Source of the DNA: Desulfatiglandales bacterium
GTDB taxonomy: Bacteria; Desulfobacterota; DSM-4660; Desulfatiglandales; Desulfatiglandaceae
DNA: 64,000 bases
Direction: 5' to 3'
Assembly: GCA_963662465.1 (NCBI GenBank)
Contig: OY759599.1
Span: 704,001 to 768,000 of the forward strand
Part shown: one piece after another, positions 37,539 to 48,006 of the stretch
Layout: each line of letters begins with the position of its first letter
Position numbering within the stretch: position 1 is the stretch's first letter
Made by a program: the position numbers and the translations under genes
The notes under the pieces: generated by a model
Databases searched by the model: none
What the model was told of the DNA's origin: nothing
The model's input: the letters and a program-made list of their open reading frames with translations, nothing else

Positions 37539-39554
37539 TCAGCTTAAAGTAATTTTGGCATCCGGACACCGTGAAACCGGCGCTGAGACATCTTCGCTCA
37601 AGACCATGAAGAGGGTCATGGGACCGACACGTCCGGCAAACATGGCCATCATGATGATCACCTTTCCAATTTCATCAAGCCCGGCCGTAGCGCCCGTGGA
37701 CAACCCCACCGTGCCAATGGCCGAAGTGGCCTCGAAAATAATGTCCCGTCCTGATATCTGCTGCGTCACTTCAAGCATCAGCACCACCGCAAACCAGACC
37801 ACCGCAACAGAACCGACAATGGTGATGGCACGGAAAACAATCGCCGAAGGAAGCCTTCGATTCTGAAATATGACGCTGTTGCGATTGTTGATGTTGGCCC
37901 AGAAGGTCATGGCCAGGATTCCGATGGTGGTCGTCTTGACCCCGCCGGCGGTTCCCCCGGGACTCCCGCCGATGAACATGAACCAGATCATCACCATGAA
38001 TGTGGGGCTGATCACACCCGCCACATCCACGGAATTGAATCCCGCGGTGCGAAGGGTCGCCGATTGGAACCAGGCATTGTGAATTTTGTCGCCCACGGAC
38101 AATCCGGATAAAACACCGTTCCATTCAAAGGCCAGAAAGAAAAACGTCCCGGAAATCAGCATGACGGCCGTGGTGGTGAGTGCGATACGAGGCGCAATGG
38201 GAATGCGCCTGCCCATGAGCCATTTGGGGGAAATCAGACTGGTGGCGGGAGCCATTCCCCCAAAAATGATGAGGCCCGCCACCGTGTGCAAAACAAAGGG
38301 ATTGTTCTGATATGGGATCATGTTGTCGCTCTGCAGGGCAAACCCGGCGTTGCAAAAAGCGGATACGGCCGTAAATAATCCACGCCAGACAGCCTGCCCC
38401 ATGGCGTCCCCCGAGACATAAAACAACCCGGTCAACATCAGGGCGCCGATGCCTTCCGCAACAAAGGTGAACTTCAGGATGCGGACGAGGGCATCCACCA
38501 GGGTTTGGTGGTCGGTGTCCGTCATACTCGTCAGAAGACGTTCCTGGCGCAGGCTCAACCGACGTCCCATGGCATTGAGGGCAACGGCGGCGATACTCAT
38601 GATACCCACCCCCCCCAGTTGAATGAGCAAGAGAATAAACGCCTGGCCGAGAAATGTAAATGCCTCCGGGGTATCGAGCACCACCAGACCGGTGACGCAA
38701 ACCGCGCTCACGGAGGTAAAAGCCGCGTCCACAAGGGCAATTTCCCCCTGTTCAGCGGCGCCGGGAATGATTAGAAAGAGTGTGCCCAGAAAACACAATA
38801 ACAAAAAGGTGCTGAACAGCAGACGTGCCGGGTGATGGAGAAATATTTCCCACTCGTGCCCCCGTTCCTTCCAAAGGGGCGTTGAACGGGAAAGCAGCAA
38901 AATCGTTCCCAAAGAGAAAGCAATCGCCGCAACAGCCGTGTGTCCCTCATATAGCGACCCCATGAGCAAGCCCGAAAAACAAAAGCTCAGGGCGATATAG
39001 ACAGCCTTCAAACTTCCCGGCTTCCGCCGCCATGCCCAATCGATAAACAACAGTTGGGCCATCAAAGCGGATGCGGCGATGGCAACGCGAATGACGAAAG
39101 GAGGAATTTCGCCTGAAGTGATGATGGAGAACCCGACGGCGCCCACGACGGTCATCGCCGCCCATCGTGCCCGATGCAGGGAGCGGTCAGACCCGGTTCC
39201 CTTTCCCGTACCCAACCCGGGCCTAAAATCAATCAGCGCAAATGCCGCACTGATGAGCGCAACCAACCCCAGCAGGGCGGCAAAAGGATCATTCACAAGA
39301 TGGGGCCATGCGGCCAGGAAGCTGCACAGCGCTGCAACGCCACCCAGAATTCCGGCTACACGGGGATGGCGAAGCAGCAGGGCGGCGCAGACAACCCAGG
39401 AAACACCGGCAGCCGAAGCCGCGGCCAGACGCCACATGGGGGGCATGGGGCCTGTGACATCCAGATATGCCAGCATAACCGGCGCCGGCGCCCCGGCCAG
39501 CAATGCCCCCTGAACGCCGGCCCGTTTAACGGATGATGATAGTGAAGGCGTCAT
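37539..39554 (-). CDS. ktrB: Ktr/TrkH potassium uptake membrane subunit with long N-terminal TM extension
   Basis: SAVCVTGL, SAFCNAGF, RTAGFNS, FIGGSPGGTAGGVK, SAIGTVGLSTG, GRVGPMT. Confidence 0.9.
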   Translation of the reverse strand: MTPSLSSSVKRAGVQGALLAGAPAPVMLAYLDVTGPMPPMWRLAAASAAGVSWVVCAALLLRHPRVAGILGGVAALCSFLAAWPHLVNDPFAALLGLVALISAAFALIDFRPGLGTGKGTGSDRSLHRARWAAMTVVGAVGFSIITSGEIPPFVIRVAIAASALMAQLLFIDWAWRRKPGSLKAVYIALSFCFSGLLMGSLYEGHTAVAAIAFSLGTILLLSRSTPLWKERGHEWEIFLHHPARLLFSTFLLLCFLGTLFLIIPGAAEQGEIALVDAAFTSVSAVCVTGLVVLDTPEAFTFLGQAFILLLIQLGGVGIMSIAAVALNAMGRRLSLRQERLLTSMTDTDHQTLVDALVRILKFTFVAEGIGALMLTGLFYVSGDAMGQAVWRGLFTAVSAFCNAGFALQSDNMIPYQNNPFVLHTVAGLIIFGGMAPATSLISPKWLMGRRIPIAPRIALTTTAVMLISGTFFFLAFEWNGVLSGLSVGDKIHNAWFQSATLRTAGFNSVDVAGVISPTFMVMIWFMFIGGSPGGTAGGVKTTTIGILAMTFWANINNRNSVIFQNRRLPSAIVFRAITIVGSVAVVWFAVVLMLEVTQQISGRDIIFEATSAIGTVGLSTGATAGLDEIGKVIIMMAMFAGRVGPMTLFMVLSEDVSAPVSRCPDAKITLS

Positions 39555-39644
39555 GGAAATCCGAATAGCGCAATAATGGTTGCAGCCCCGACCTTTGAGG
39601 CTTTAAAACTTATCTCCGGATCTCTCGCCATCTCAGGGTTCGCT

Positions 39645-40037
39645 TTACAATCTTGAGGATGTCAGCTTCTTGCGGACAAAACTCAAAACCTGTCGCATCG
39701 CCTGGTCCGATTTTTCTGAAAGGTCGCTTTTGAGAACATGACCTTCCACGCCATCGTGGAAGTGATTTGGAAAGCTCTCAAGAAACCGCCATCGTTTATG
39801 AGGTGCATTGTCAAATCTGTAAATGTCCGCAGCCGGCGTCATTCGACGTTCCCAATGATAGGAATACCGACCGCTTAATGAAATATAGACATCCAGAAGT
39901 GAACCGTCCACGATATCAAGCCGGAGTTTCGTGGGGTCGCCACTCGACAAAAGCAGGATTTCAGCGTTAATCACCACGTCCCTGAATTCACTGAGTGCGA
40001 TGGCCTTCAAGACCCTGTAAGTCGTCAAGACAAGCAT
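39645..40037 (-). CDS. DUF6516/TumE-like putative toxin
   Basis: YSYHW...YRFDNAPH...FPNHFHDG motif. Confidence 0.7.
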   Translation of the reverse strand: MLVLTTYRVLKAIALSEFRDVVINAEILLLSSGDPTKLRLDIVDGSLLDVYISLSGRYSYHWERRMTPAADIYRFDNAPHKRWRFLESFPNHFHDGVEGHVLKSDLSEKSDQAMRQVLSFVRKKLTSSRL

Positions 40038-40320
40038 CAATCTCCTCGATGTGGGAAGAGATGTTTTCAACAACAATCAAATCTTCCCATGCGGGATGTT
40101 CAGGGATAGCTCCCACGGCAATCCCTTTTTCCAGCTCAGAGAGTGTTGAAACCCCGTAACGCGATAAAATCTCCAAACGTTCTTGCAGCGAAACACGTTG
40201 TTTGTCTTTCAAAATACTTTCCAACGCATTTCGAATAAGTTCATCTTTTCTCAACCCCAGAACCGTTGCAACCTTTTCGGCGGCACTATCATCGAATTTT
40301 GCGGTGCTGCTTATCTCCAT
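39988..40320 (-). CDS. Putative antitoxin of the DUF6516 toxin
   Basis: Small acidic helical protein (RYGVSTLSELE...EHPAWEDLI) overlapping the toxin start. Confidence 0.6.
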   Translation of the reverse strand: MEISSTAKFDDSAAEKVATVLGLRKDELIRNALESILKDKQRVSLQERLEILSRYGVSTLSELEKGIAVGAIPEHPAWEDLIVVENISSHIEEIDACLDDLQGLEGHRTQ

Positions 40321-40403
40321 CGCTTCTTTTCCTCCCATGCATCAGGGAAAACCGGAACATCGTATAGCCGAAGCCCTTTTTTTCAGTCAAACGCATTGCG
40401 ACC

Positions 40404-41258
40404 TCAAACCAGCCAGAGGGACGCCCCTTCCAGCTCCTGAAACAGGGTTCGACTGACGGAACCCACAAACACCTTCTTTAAAAAACCCATCACCTTGCCG
40501 GTCCGACCTACCGCCACGGCGGCAAAGTGTTCCGAACCGGCTTCCTTGATGATCGCCTTGCCCGCGTTGGCCTCGGGAATCACCTTGTAGGAAACCCGTT
40601 CCGCTGAAATGCCATCGGCCACCAGCATCTCCTTGCTCTTGACAAGGATGTCCTCCACCGCTTTATCCCCCACATTTCCTTTCCTGGAAACAGCCAGAAG
40701 GGTCACATTCTGGTTTTGAGCCTGCCCCAGGATGAACCCCACATGATCCAGCATGCGATGGGAGGCATCGGATCCATCTACGCAGGCCAGCACATGCTTT
40801 CGCTCGGAATCGGGCTTTCGGCAGATCCAGAGGGGAAACCCCCAATCCTTCTCGAACAAGTCGCTGGTAACGCTTTCATCAAAGGTTTGTTCCAGCCGGG
40901 TGAGCCCCCTGCGTCCCAGCACAACGGCATCATACCTGCCCTCACTCCCCTCCTGAATGATTTCATTCACCTTGGACGACATGCGGGGCCTGAGCTTGGT
41001 GAAAATCTGGCCCTCCGAAAAACCCAGTTTCCGCAAATCCTGTTTTGCCTCATTCAGCGCCTTTCGGCCGATGGCTTCTGATTTCTTATTCCGAAGTTCG
41101 GTTTCCATATCCGCCTCAAACCTTCCCGGCGGTTTGGGCGTCAGATACAGGAGGGTAATTTTCATCTTTTCCTTCTGAGCAAAGAAATTTCCCACAAACC
41201 GCACCCCAAAAAGGTTGTCATGCTTTTCACTGATCGTTATGAGCAGGTGTCTTTCCAT
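40404..41258 (-). CDS. Universal stress protein (tandem USP domains)
   Basis: YDAVVLGRRG, LACVDGSDAS, AVAVGRTG...FVGSVS. Confidence 0.88.
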   Translation of the reverse strand: MERHLLITISEKHDNLFGVRFVGNFFAQKEKMKITLLYLTPKPPGRFEADMETELRNKKSEAIGRKALNEAKQDLRKLGFSEGQIFTKLRPRMSSKVNEIIQEGSEGRYDAVVLGRRGLTRLEQTFDESVTSDLFEKDWGFPLWICRKPDSERKHVLACVDGSDASHRMLDHVGFILGQAQNQNVTLLAVSRKGNVGDKAVEDILVKSKEMLVADGISAERVSYKVIPEANAGKAIIKEAGSEHFAAVAVGRTGKVMGFLKKVFVGSVSRTLFQELEGASLWLV

Positions 41259-41300
41259 CTTTTTGCATCCTCCCGTCTTTATGATGAACCATCATTTTAC

Positions 41301-44009
41301 TTAACCTTCATCAAGCACTTCGCGCACCATCGAGGCAAGTTTTTCCAATGTCAAAGGCTTCTCGATAAAGGCGGTTGCACCCTTGCTTTTGGCCTTTTCC
41401 CTGGATATTTTATCCATAAAACCGCTGCACACAATTACCGGCATTCCGGGCCGGAGATTCCTTACTTCCCGGGCAAGTCGATCTCCCGTCATTTCAGGCA
41501 TGGTCAGATCGGTGATAATCAGGTCAAACTTGTCCGGATCCTCGGAAAACCGCTCAAGCGCTTCCATACTGCTTGTGAAGGCGGCGACCTCATAACCCAA
41601 CCGCTCCAGCACCTGTTTGCCGATATTCACCAGGATCTCCTCATCATCGACAAAGAGGATCCGTTCCGTGCCGACAGGGAATTCGACCGACGGCCCGGAT
41701 GCCGCGGTCTCTTTGTCAACGGCATCGATCCTGGGAAAATACACATGAAACGTTGTTCCTTTTCCCGGCGTGCTGTCAACCGATATTTTGCCGCCGCAAC
41801 CAACAACAATTCCCCGCACCACCGACAACCCCAGCCCCGTGCCCTCTCCTTTTTCCTTGGTGGTATAATAAGGCTCAAAGATACGCTCCACCACCTCGGG
41901 GGGCATGCCGTGACCAGTATCGCTCACCGTCAATTTCACATAAGCGCCGGGATCAATTCCCATATACCGTGCTGTAGTTGAGCCTACTGCCACATTGCCG
42001 AGATGCACGGTCAGGACGCCTCCCTCCTCAAGCATGGCGTGGTGGGCATTGGTGCAGAGATTCATCAATATCTGGTGAATTCGAGTGGGGTCCGCCAGGA
42101 TCATGCCGGTATCTTTCTCAATTTGCTGATCAAACTGAATAGAGGTGGGCACGGAAGCCCTTAAGAGCTTCATGGCCTCCTTTACAACGTATATGGGTGC
42201 GATGGCTTTTCGGCCCTCTTCGCTTTGACGACTTACCGTTAGAATCTGTCTGACCAGTTTCTTTGCCCGGTCACCGGCCTTGAGAACCCCATCCAGATAG
42301 GACATCATACGGCCCTCTTCGGACGCCTCCATTTTTGCAAGCTCCGCATATCCAATGACGGCCGATAAAATATTGTTAAAGTCATGGGCAATCCCGCCCG
42401 CAAGGGTGCCGATGGCCTCCATCTTCTGAGACTCCCGGAGTTGAGATCTCAGTTCTCTTTCAATGTTCATGTCCACGGCAAATCCGAGAACGGCGGGCGC
42501 ATTCTTATAATCGATAATCGTCCCCCAGAAGCCGGCCGCAAAGGCCTTCCCATCTTTTTTCAATCCTCTCACCTCGTAAGACAAGGGTACTTTCTTACCC
42601 TCCAAAAGTTCCTTCCCCCTCGTTGTCACCAGCGATCTGTCTTCGGGGACAAACAAGGAATCCAGCGGCCTGCCCACAATTTCATCCGGCGTCTCAAAGC
42701 CGAACGTCTTGACAAAGGCAGGATTGGCATATACGTACATGCCTCGTTGATGGATGCAAATGCCCACGGGAGATACTTCTATAAGGCGTTTTGTCCGTTT
42801 TTCCGAAGCCTTCAGACCAGCTTCGGCGTTCTTCCGCTCCTCTATTTCCACGCTCAACTGCGCAACGGCCAGGGTGAGTTCGGCCGTACGTTTTTCCACC
42901 CTTTTCTCTAAGTCCAGACTAAGCCCTTTGAGTGCCGCTTCGGCCTGTCTACGATCACGAATCTCATCCTTCAACCGACGGTTCTTCTCTTCGATCTCCT
43001 TACGGCTCCTTGACGCCTCATCCAGCCGGGCATTGAGAATAAGCTTCCGGGTGTTGATCCGATAGGCAATAACCGCCCCGCACAGCACCAGGACCGCCAG
43101 GATGCCCATCCCCAGGGGCAAATACCAGGCGGCCAGACCTTCTCCCACCTCCGAGAGCGATACAACGGCAATCACGTACAGAGGGGCGCCTTGGACCGGA
43201 ATCCGCGGAGCAACCATCGCTGCCTTAGACCCATCCTTCCCAAGCGTCTCAAATTGGTGGATTTCTCCGTTTTTCAGCCTCCCAAGGGCAGGGAGAAACA
43301 AAGCGGGGTCGTCGAGCAGGGTCCCGGGCCGCGCCAGCATATGATCTTTATCGCACGCAATAACCACAGGATACCTGGAGGACATCTCAGATCCCTCGAC
43401 AAGCTGGTAAATAGTCCCAGACGAGATCCAGGCAACAATCTGGCCCATGTATCGATTTTTGAAGAAATAAGGACGGGATGCCACAACCTCCAGCGGTCTT
43501 TTATGTTCAATAACGATGGCCCCGGTTAACCTGTCCGGTGTGAGAAATGATTTCCAATCCCGTTTGGGCGCCTTTTCTTTTCTCCCGGTCGGGACATCCA
43601 CCAATACGGCGCCCTCCCCGTCGATAAAAACGATGCGGTTGTAGATTTTCGCCCCTTCCAGTTCTCTTTCCCTCAAGAGCCGATCAAACGTCTCGGATAT
43701 GGCGACCAGGCTGGCTTTCAAGCCGTATTCCATAGACATGCCGAGGGCCTTATTTTCAAAAAAAACAAGGATCGATCTGCTCGACGCCAGGTTTTCAAGG
43801 TCGTTTCTCCGCTCGGAAAAATAGTAACTCAGCGCATCCGCCCTGGTTTCCGTATCATGCCGCAACTGCGCCATGGCAAACGCCCGCACCCGACGTTGCG
43901 CCTGATAATTTGCCGCTACCAGAAAACCGATGAATCCGATCAGGATGAGGGTCACCCCGGAAAGGACCAGCGTACTCTTTTTATCCAGTGAGGGGGAAAA
44001 AAGCCTCAT
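41301..44009 (-). CDS. Membrane-bound PAS hybrid histidine kinase
   Basis: TM-periplasmic-TM, coiled coil, [14 protein letters not shown], HATPase, REC. Confidence 0.92.
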   Translation of the reverse strand: MRLFSPSLDKKSTLVLSGVTLILIGFIGFLVAANYQAQRRVRAFAMAQLRHDTETRADALSYYFSERRNDLENLASSRSILVFFENKALGMSMEYGLKASLVAISETFDRLLRERELEGAKIYNRIVFIDGEGAVLVDVPTGRKEKAPKRDWKSFLTPDRLTGAIVIEHKRPLEVVASRPYFFKNRYMGQIVAWISSGTIYQLVEGSEMSSRYPVVIACDKDHMLARPGTLLDDPALFLPALGRLKNGEIHQFETLGKDGSKAAMVAPRIPVQGAPLYVIAVVSLSEVGEGLAAWYLPLGMGILAVLVLCGAVIAYRINTRKLILNARLDEASRSRKEIEEKNRRLKDEIRDRRQAEAALKGLSLDLEKRVEKRTAELTLAVAQLSVEIEERKNAEAGLKASEKRTKRLIEVSPVGICIHQRGMYVYANPAFVKTFGFETPDEIVGRPLDSLFVPEDRSLVTTRGKELLEGKKVPLSYEVRGLKKDGKAFAAGFWGTIIDYKNAPAVLGFAVDMNIERELRSQLRESQKMEAIGTLAGGIAHDFNNILSAVIGYAELAKMEASEEGRMMSYLDGVLKAGDRAKKLVRQILTVSRQSEEGRKAIAPIYVVKEAMKLLRASVPTSIQFDQQIEKDTGMILADPTRIHQILMNLCTNAHHAMLEEGGVLTVHLGNVAVGSTTARYMGIDPGAYVKLTVSDTGHGMPPEVVERIFEPYYTTKEKGEGTGLGLSVVRGIVVGCGGKISVDSTPGKGTTFHVYFPRIDAVDKETAASGPSVEFPVGTERILFVDDEEILVNIGKQVLERLGYEVAAFTSSMEALERFSEDPDKFDLIITDLTMPEMTGDRLAREVRNLRPGMPVIVCSGFMDKISREKAKSKGATAFIEKPLTLEKLASMVREVLDEG

Positions 44010-44069
44010 ATTCGGATATCCTCCATCTCACCACTCCTTTGTTTCAAGAAAATTTTCGTATTCAGACAT

Positions 44070-44972
44070 TTAATGGCCCTTCTCATTAAAGAAACCGGGG
44101 TAATATATAAATACGGTCGGGTAGTATTTTTTGACCAGCCGCACATAGGTTCCATCCGCTTTACAGGCCTCAAAAAACCGGTTAAAGGCGTCCCTGAGTT
44201 CCGGCGAGCTCTTTGGAAAAGCATAGGCCATATCCTGCATGGGGGAAACCGGTCCGATCACCTTGATCTTTCCGGGCCATTTTTCGACGGCTACCAGGGC
44301 ATCAGCCGCATCCTGGACAACGCACTCGGCATCCCCCTTGATGATGGCCGGCACCAGTTGATTCAGGCTGCCGCCGAACAACCTGATCTCGGCGCCGGCC
44401 TTTCCCAGCCCGTAAAGCGCCGGATCGAGACAGGTATTGGCAAGCCCCATAACATTATGACCTTTGAGAAGATTCTTTACCGCCGCAACGTCCTTGTTGG
44501 GGTCTCCGCTGGGTTTGATCGGTTTGATGCTCGAATCGGCACGGGCCACCAGCCAGATCTGTGTCGGAAAGGTGGGGATGGAATAGGACACGACCTTCCG
44601 ACGCCAGGGTAAAACGGTCAGGCCGCCGGCGATGAGATCCCCTTTTACCGGAACTTCACCCATGATCTCGACATCTTCGCCTCTGGATACCACCTTTTTC
44701 CCGGATAAGTCTCCGATGACGTTCGGCCAGTCGCTCTTGACATATTGGTACTTGACCCCGAGACGATGTGCAAACAGTTTGACCATTTCCACATCCAGAC
44801 CGTCCCCGCTGCCGGTGACAAAGCCGGCATAGGGGATTCCAATATGCCGCAGGACGCCGTTCTCCTTTATTTCCGCAAGATCCGCACTAAAGGCAGGGCC
44901 GGTCGCAAACCATAATAAACCGACCATCAAACACACCCGGGTCAGCATTAAAACACGCCTTCTCTTTTCCAT
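44070..44972 (-). CDS. Periplasmic substrate-binding protein (SBP_bac_3), probable partner of the downstream kinase
   Basis: Signal peptide, DLAEIKENGVLR, GLDVEMV, AYAFPKSSPELRDAFN. Confidence 0.85.
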   Translation of the reverse strand: MEKRRRVLMLTRVCLMVGLLWFATGPAFSADLAEIKENGVLRHIGIPYAGFVTGSGDGLDVEMVKLFAHRLGVKYQYVKSDWPNVIGDLSGKKVVSRGEDVEIMGEVPVKGDLIAGGLTVLPWRRKVVSYSIPTFPTQIWLVARADSSIKPIKPSGDPNKDVAAVKNLLKGHNVMGLANTCLDPALYGLGKAGAEIRLFGGSLNQLVPAIIKGDAECVVQDAADALVAVEKWPGKIKVIGPVSPMQDMAYAFPKSSPELRDAFNRFFEACKADGTYVRLVKKYYPTVFIYYPGFFNEKGH

Positions 44973-45204
44973 CCGTTACCCTCCCCTGCAAGCTTCCGGT
45001 TACATTTTCGCAATTATATATTCCGTACAACAAAATGTCACCCATTGAAAAAATCAAGGCGCAATTTCTGATAGGGTATTGTAGGATGTCGCGGTTTGCG
45101 GAAACATCATCCTTTTGAAATTCTCAAAATCTTTTGAGGATCGGGTACAATACAATGTATGAAGCCATGCGAAATGAGTCCCTTGACGATAGGGTGGGAA
45201 ACTG

Positions 45205-46356
45205 ATGCCATCAACCCATTCGCAAAATGCCCGGATAGAACAGCTTAAAAGTGCGGATGGCATCATAATGTTCAAAAGCTTCGGCGATTGGACCATCGAT
45301 GCGCTTCGGGATGCCGCCGAGATACTGGAGCAGTTTTCCGGAGCAAGCCGAAATGTATCCGTTCAGTGGGATGTTTCTGATGTTGGGCGTGCCGATTCAG
45401 CGGGCATCATGCTTTTTATTCACTGTTGCAATTTGCTGAAATCAAACAACTGCGCCATTGACGTCATTGGGGCGAAGCGTGAACACGAAAAATTGTATCG
45501 ACTGCTGCTCAAGTATGCACCCGGGGATTCCTGGGACGAGCCTGCTTTTTCCTCCCGTTTCCTGAAGCCTTTGAGCGGCATTGGTAAAAGCGTTGTAACA
45601 TTTATTCTGAACATGACGGCATTTTTCGCCTTTATCGGCGAAGATTTTGTAAATTTACTGTACGCGTTGCTGCACCCACGTTCCATCCGCTTTGGCGCAA
45701 TTGTGAAGAATATTGAAGAAGCCGGTGTGCGTGCAATACCCATTGTCGCCCTGACCAGTTTTTTAATCGGGGTGGTGATCGCCTACCAGGGAGCGGTGCA
45801 GCTTGAGAAGTTCGGCGCCAATATTTTCATTGTGGACATGATCGGCCTTTCCATCGCCAGAGAGCTTTCCCCGCTTATCACGGCCATCGTCGTGGCAGGT
45901 AGGACCGGTTCCTCTTATACCGCCCAACTTGGCGTGATGAAGATCACCGAAGAGATTGACGCCATGAGCACCATGGGATTTGATCCCCATCGTTTTCTGG
46001 TGCTGCCGCGCATCATCGCGCTGATGATTGCGCTGCCGCTGCTGATTTTTTTTGCCGACATCATCGGTATTCTTGCCGGTATGTTTATTTCTCATCTCTA
46101 CCTGCATCTCTCCTATGCCGAGTTTATCAACCGGTTACAGACCGTTCTTGGGGTGAAGCATGTATGGATCGGTATTTGTAAAGGGCCGTTTTTCGCATGG
46201 CTTATCGCCGCTGTCGGCTGTTTCCATGGCTTTCAGGTTTCGAAAAACACGGAGAGCATTGGACGTTATACCACCATCAGTGTTGTCAACGCTATTTTCC
46301 TGGTCATCGCATGCGACGCACTTTTTTCAGTCATACTTACGGAGCTTGGCATTTGA
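45205..46356 (+). CDS. mlaE: MlaE-family ABC permease with N-terminal STAS domain
   Basis: STAS motif DSAG; RELSPLITAIVVAGRTGS, EEIDAM, LVLPRIIA. Confidence 0.9.
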   Translation: MPSTHSQNARIEQLKSADGIIMFKSFGDWTIDALRDAAEILEQFSGASRNVSVQWDVSDVGRADSAGIMLFIHCCNLLKSNNCAIDVIGAKREHEKLYRLLLKYAPGDSWDEPAFSSRFLKPLSGIGKSVVTFILNMTAFFAFIGEDFVNLLYALLHPRSIRFGAIVKNIEEAGVRAIPIVALTSFLIGVVIAYQGAVQLEKFGANIFIVDMIGLSIARELSPLITAIVVAGRTGSSYTAQLGVMKITEEIDAMSTMGFDPHRFLVLPRIIALMIALPLLIFFADIIGILAGMFISHLYLHLSYAEFINRLQTVLGVKHVWIGICKGPFFAWLIAAVGCFHGFQVSKNTESIGRYTTISVVNAIFLVIACDALFSVILTELGI

Positions 46357-47126
46357 GCGAAACCGTTATCACAGTATCGGAAGTGATCACCCGGTTCGGC
46401 AAAAACGTGGTCCATGACGGCATCAGCCTGAGTGTGCGTCAAGGGGAAATCTACGCACTTCTCGGCGGCAGCGGTTCAGGGAAATCTACGTTGCTTAAAG
46501 AGCTGATCATGCTGCTGCGTCCGCAGTCCGGAGAGATCATGCTCCTCGGCCAAAACCTTATGACCATCAGCCATAATGATGCCGCTATGCTGCGGCGCCG
46601 ATGGGGCGTCCTTTTCCAGGGGGGCGCCCTCTATTCTTCACTCACCGTTGCGGAAAATATCGGGATAAAGCTCCGGGAGTATGCCGATCTTCCCTTGAAA
46701 CTGGTTCAGGATATGGTGCGGATGAAAATTAATATGGTGGGTCTTCCCGAACACGCGGCGGTTCTTTATCCGGCGGAATTAAGTGGCGGCATGGTAAAGC
46801 GGGCGGCGTTGGCGCGGGCCTTGGCCATGGATCCGGAGTTGTTGTTTCTCGATGAACCGACCTCGGGACTGGATCCCGTCGGCGCGGAAGCCTTTGATCA
46901 TTTGATTCTTGAATTGCGGGAAATTCTTGGGTTAACCGTTGTGATGGTGACCCATGATCTTGATTCCATCTGGACCACGGTTGACCGTCTTGCCGTACTG
47001 GGTGAAAAAAAAGTCGTCGCGGAGGGGACCCTTAACGAAGTCAGGGAAAACCCCCACCCCATTGTCAAACAATTCTTCGGGGGCACGCGGGGACGGATAC
47101 GGAGCCGGAATGGAAAGCAGAATTAA
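46353..47126 (+). CDS. mlaF: MlaF-family ABC ATPase
   Basis: GGSGSGKS, PAELSGGMVKR, FLDEPT, VTHD; probable TTG start overlapping the mlaE stop. Confidence 0.9.
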   Translation: MSETVITVSEVITRFGKNVVHDGISLSVRQGEIYALLGGSGSGKSTLLKELIMLLRPQSGEIMLLGQNLMTISHNDAAMLRRRWGVLFQGGALYSSLTVAENIGIKLREYADLPLKLVQDMVRMKINMVGLPEHAAVLYPAELSGGMVKRAALARALAMDPELLFLDEPTSGLDPVGAEAFDHLILELREILGLTVVMVTHDLDSIWTTVDRLAVLGEKKVVAEGTLNEVRENPHPIVKQFFGGTRGRIRSRNGKQN

Positions 47127-48006
47127 TTATGCGCTGGTCGGACTGTTTGTTGTCCTGCTGTTGGCGGGGCTGATCACTTTCGCTCTCTGGTTGGGAAAAT
47201 ATGGCGGCAAACAGGAATATGACTACTACCATGTTTATATGTCGGAATCGGTTTTCGGATTAAGCGCGGATGCTTCCGTTAAATACCGGGGGGTTAACGT
47301 TGGCACCGTGGAACATCTCGGCCTGAATCCGGAAAATTCGGAAGAAGTGGAACTTCTTTTAAAAATCAAGCATCAGATCCCCATCAAGGTGGACACCACG
47401 GCCACGCTCAAGTCTTTCGGAATAACGGGTCTCGCCTTTATAGAGCTCACGGGAAGCAAAAAAGACGCGCCACTGCTCATGAAAACAGGAGATCGTATTC
47501 CGGTTATTCCCGCAAGCCCTTCAACCTTTGCACGAATCGATGAACATCTGAAACTTCTCGCCGCAAAATCAGCCCTGGCCCTGGACAAGTTTGACCGGCT
47601 GCTCAGTGAGGATAATTTGCAAAACGTTCAAGAGATACTTTCTGAAACAAAGATGCTCGCCAGGGATATCAGAGGGGAATTACCGGGATTCCGGCGCCTC
47701 GTCGACAACGGTGTTTCCACGGAGAAACGCATTACCGCAGCCTTTGAAAAGGTTGAAGCCGCATCCGTCAGTGTCAAGAAAATGGCTGACAGTTTGGAGA
47801 AGAATTATGCTGAAGTGGGTCGCGACATAAGCCGGGACGTGCGGCAGAGTCTTGAATCTTTTAATCAACTGCTTTACGAATTAAATATCCTGGCGGCAGA
47901 TACGCAGAGAACCATCCGGGCCATTGAAACCAGTCCAAGCGATCTGCTGTTCAAACACACCCCGCCGAGACCCGGACCTGGAGAAGAGGGATACCATGAA
48001 GAATAG
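47110..48006 (+). CDS. mlaD: MlaD/MCE family protein
   Basis: MESRINYALVGLFV, SVFGLS...VKYRGVNVG, GITGLAFIEL, helical C-terminus. Confidence 0.9.
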   Translation: MESRINYALVGLFVVLLLAGLITFALWLGKYGGKQEYDYYHVYMSESVFGLSADASVKYRGVNVGTVEHLGLNPENSEEVELLLKIKHQIPIKVDTTATLKSFGITGLAFIELTGSKKDAPLLMKTGDRIPVIPASPSTFARIDEHLKLLAAKSALALDKFDRLLSEDNLQNVQEILSETKMLARDIRGELPGFRRLVDNGVSTEKRITAAFEKVEAASVSVKKMADSLEKNYAEVGRDISRDVRQSLESFNQLLYELNILAADTQRTIRAIETSPSDLLFKHTPPRPGPGEEGYHEE

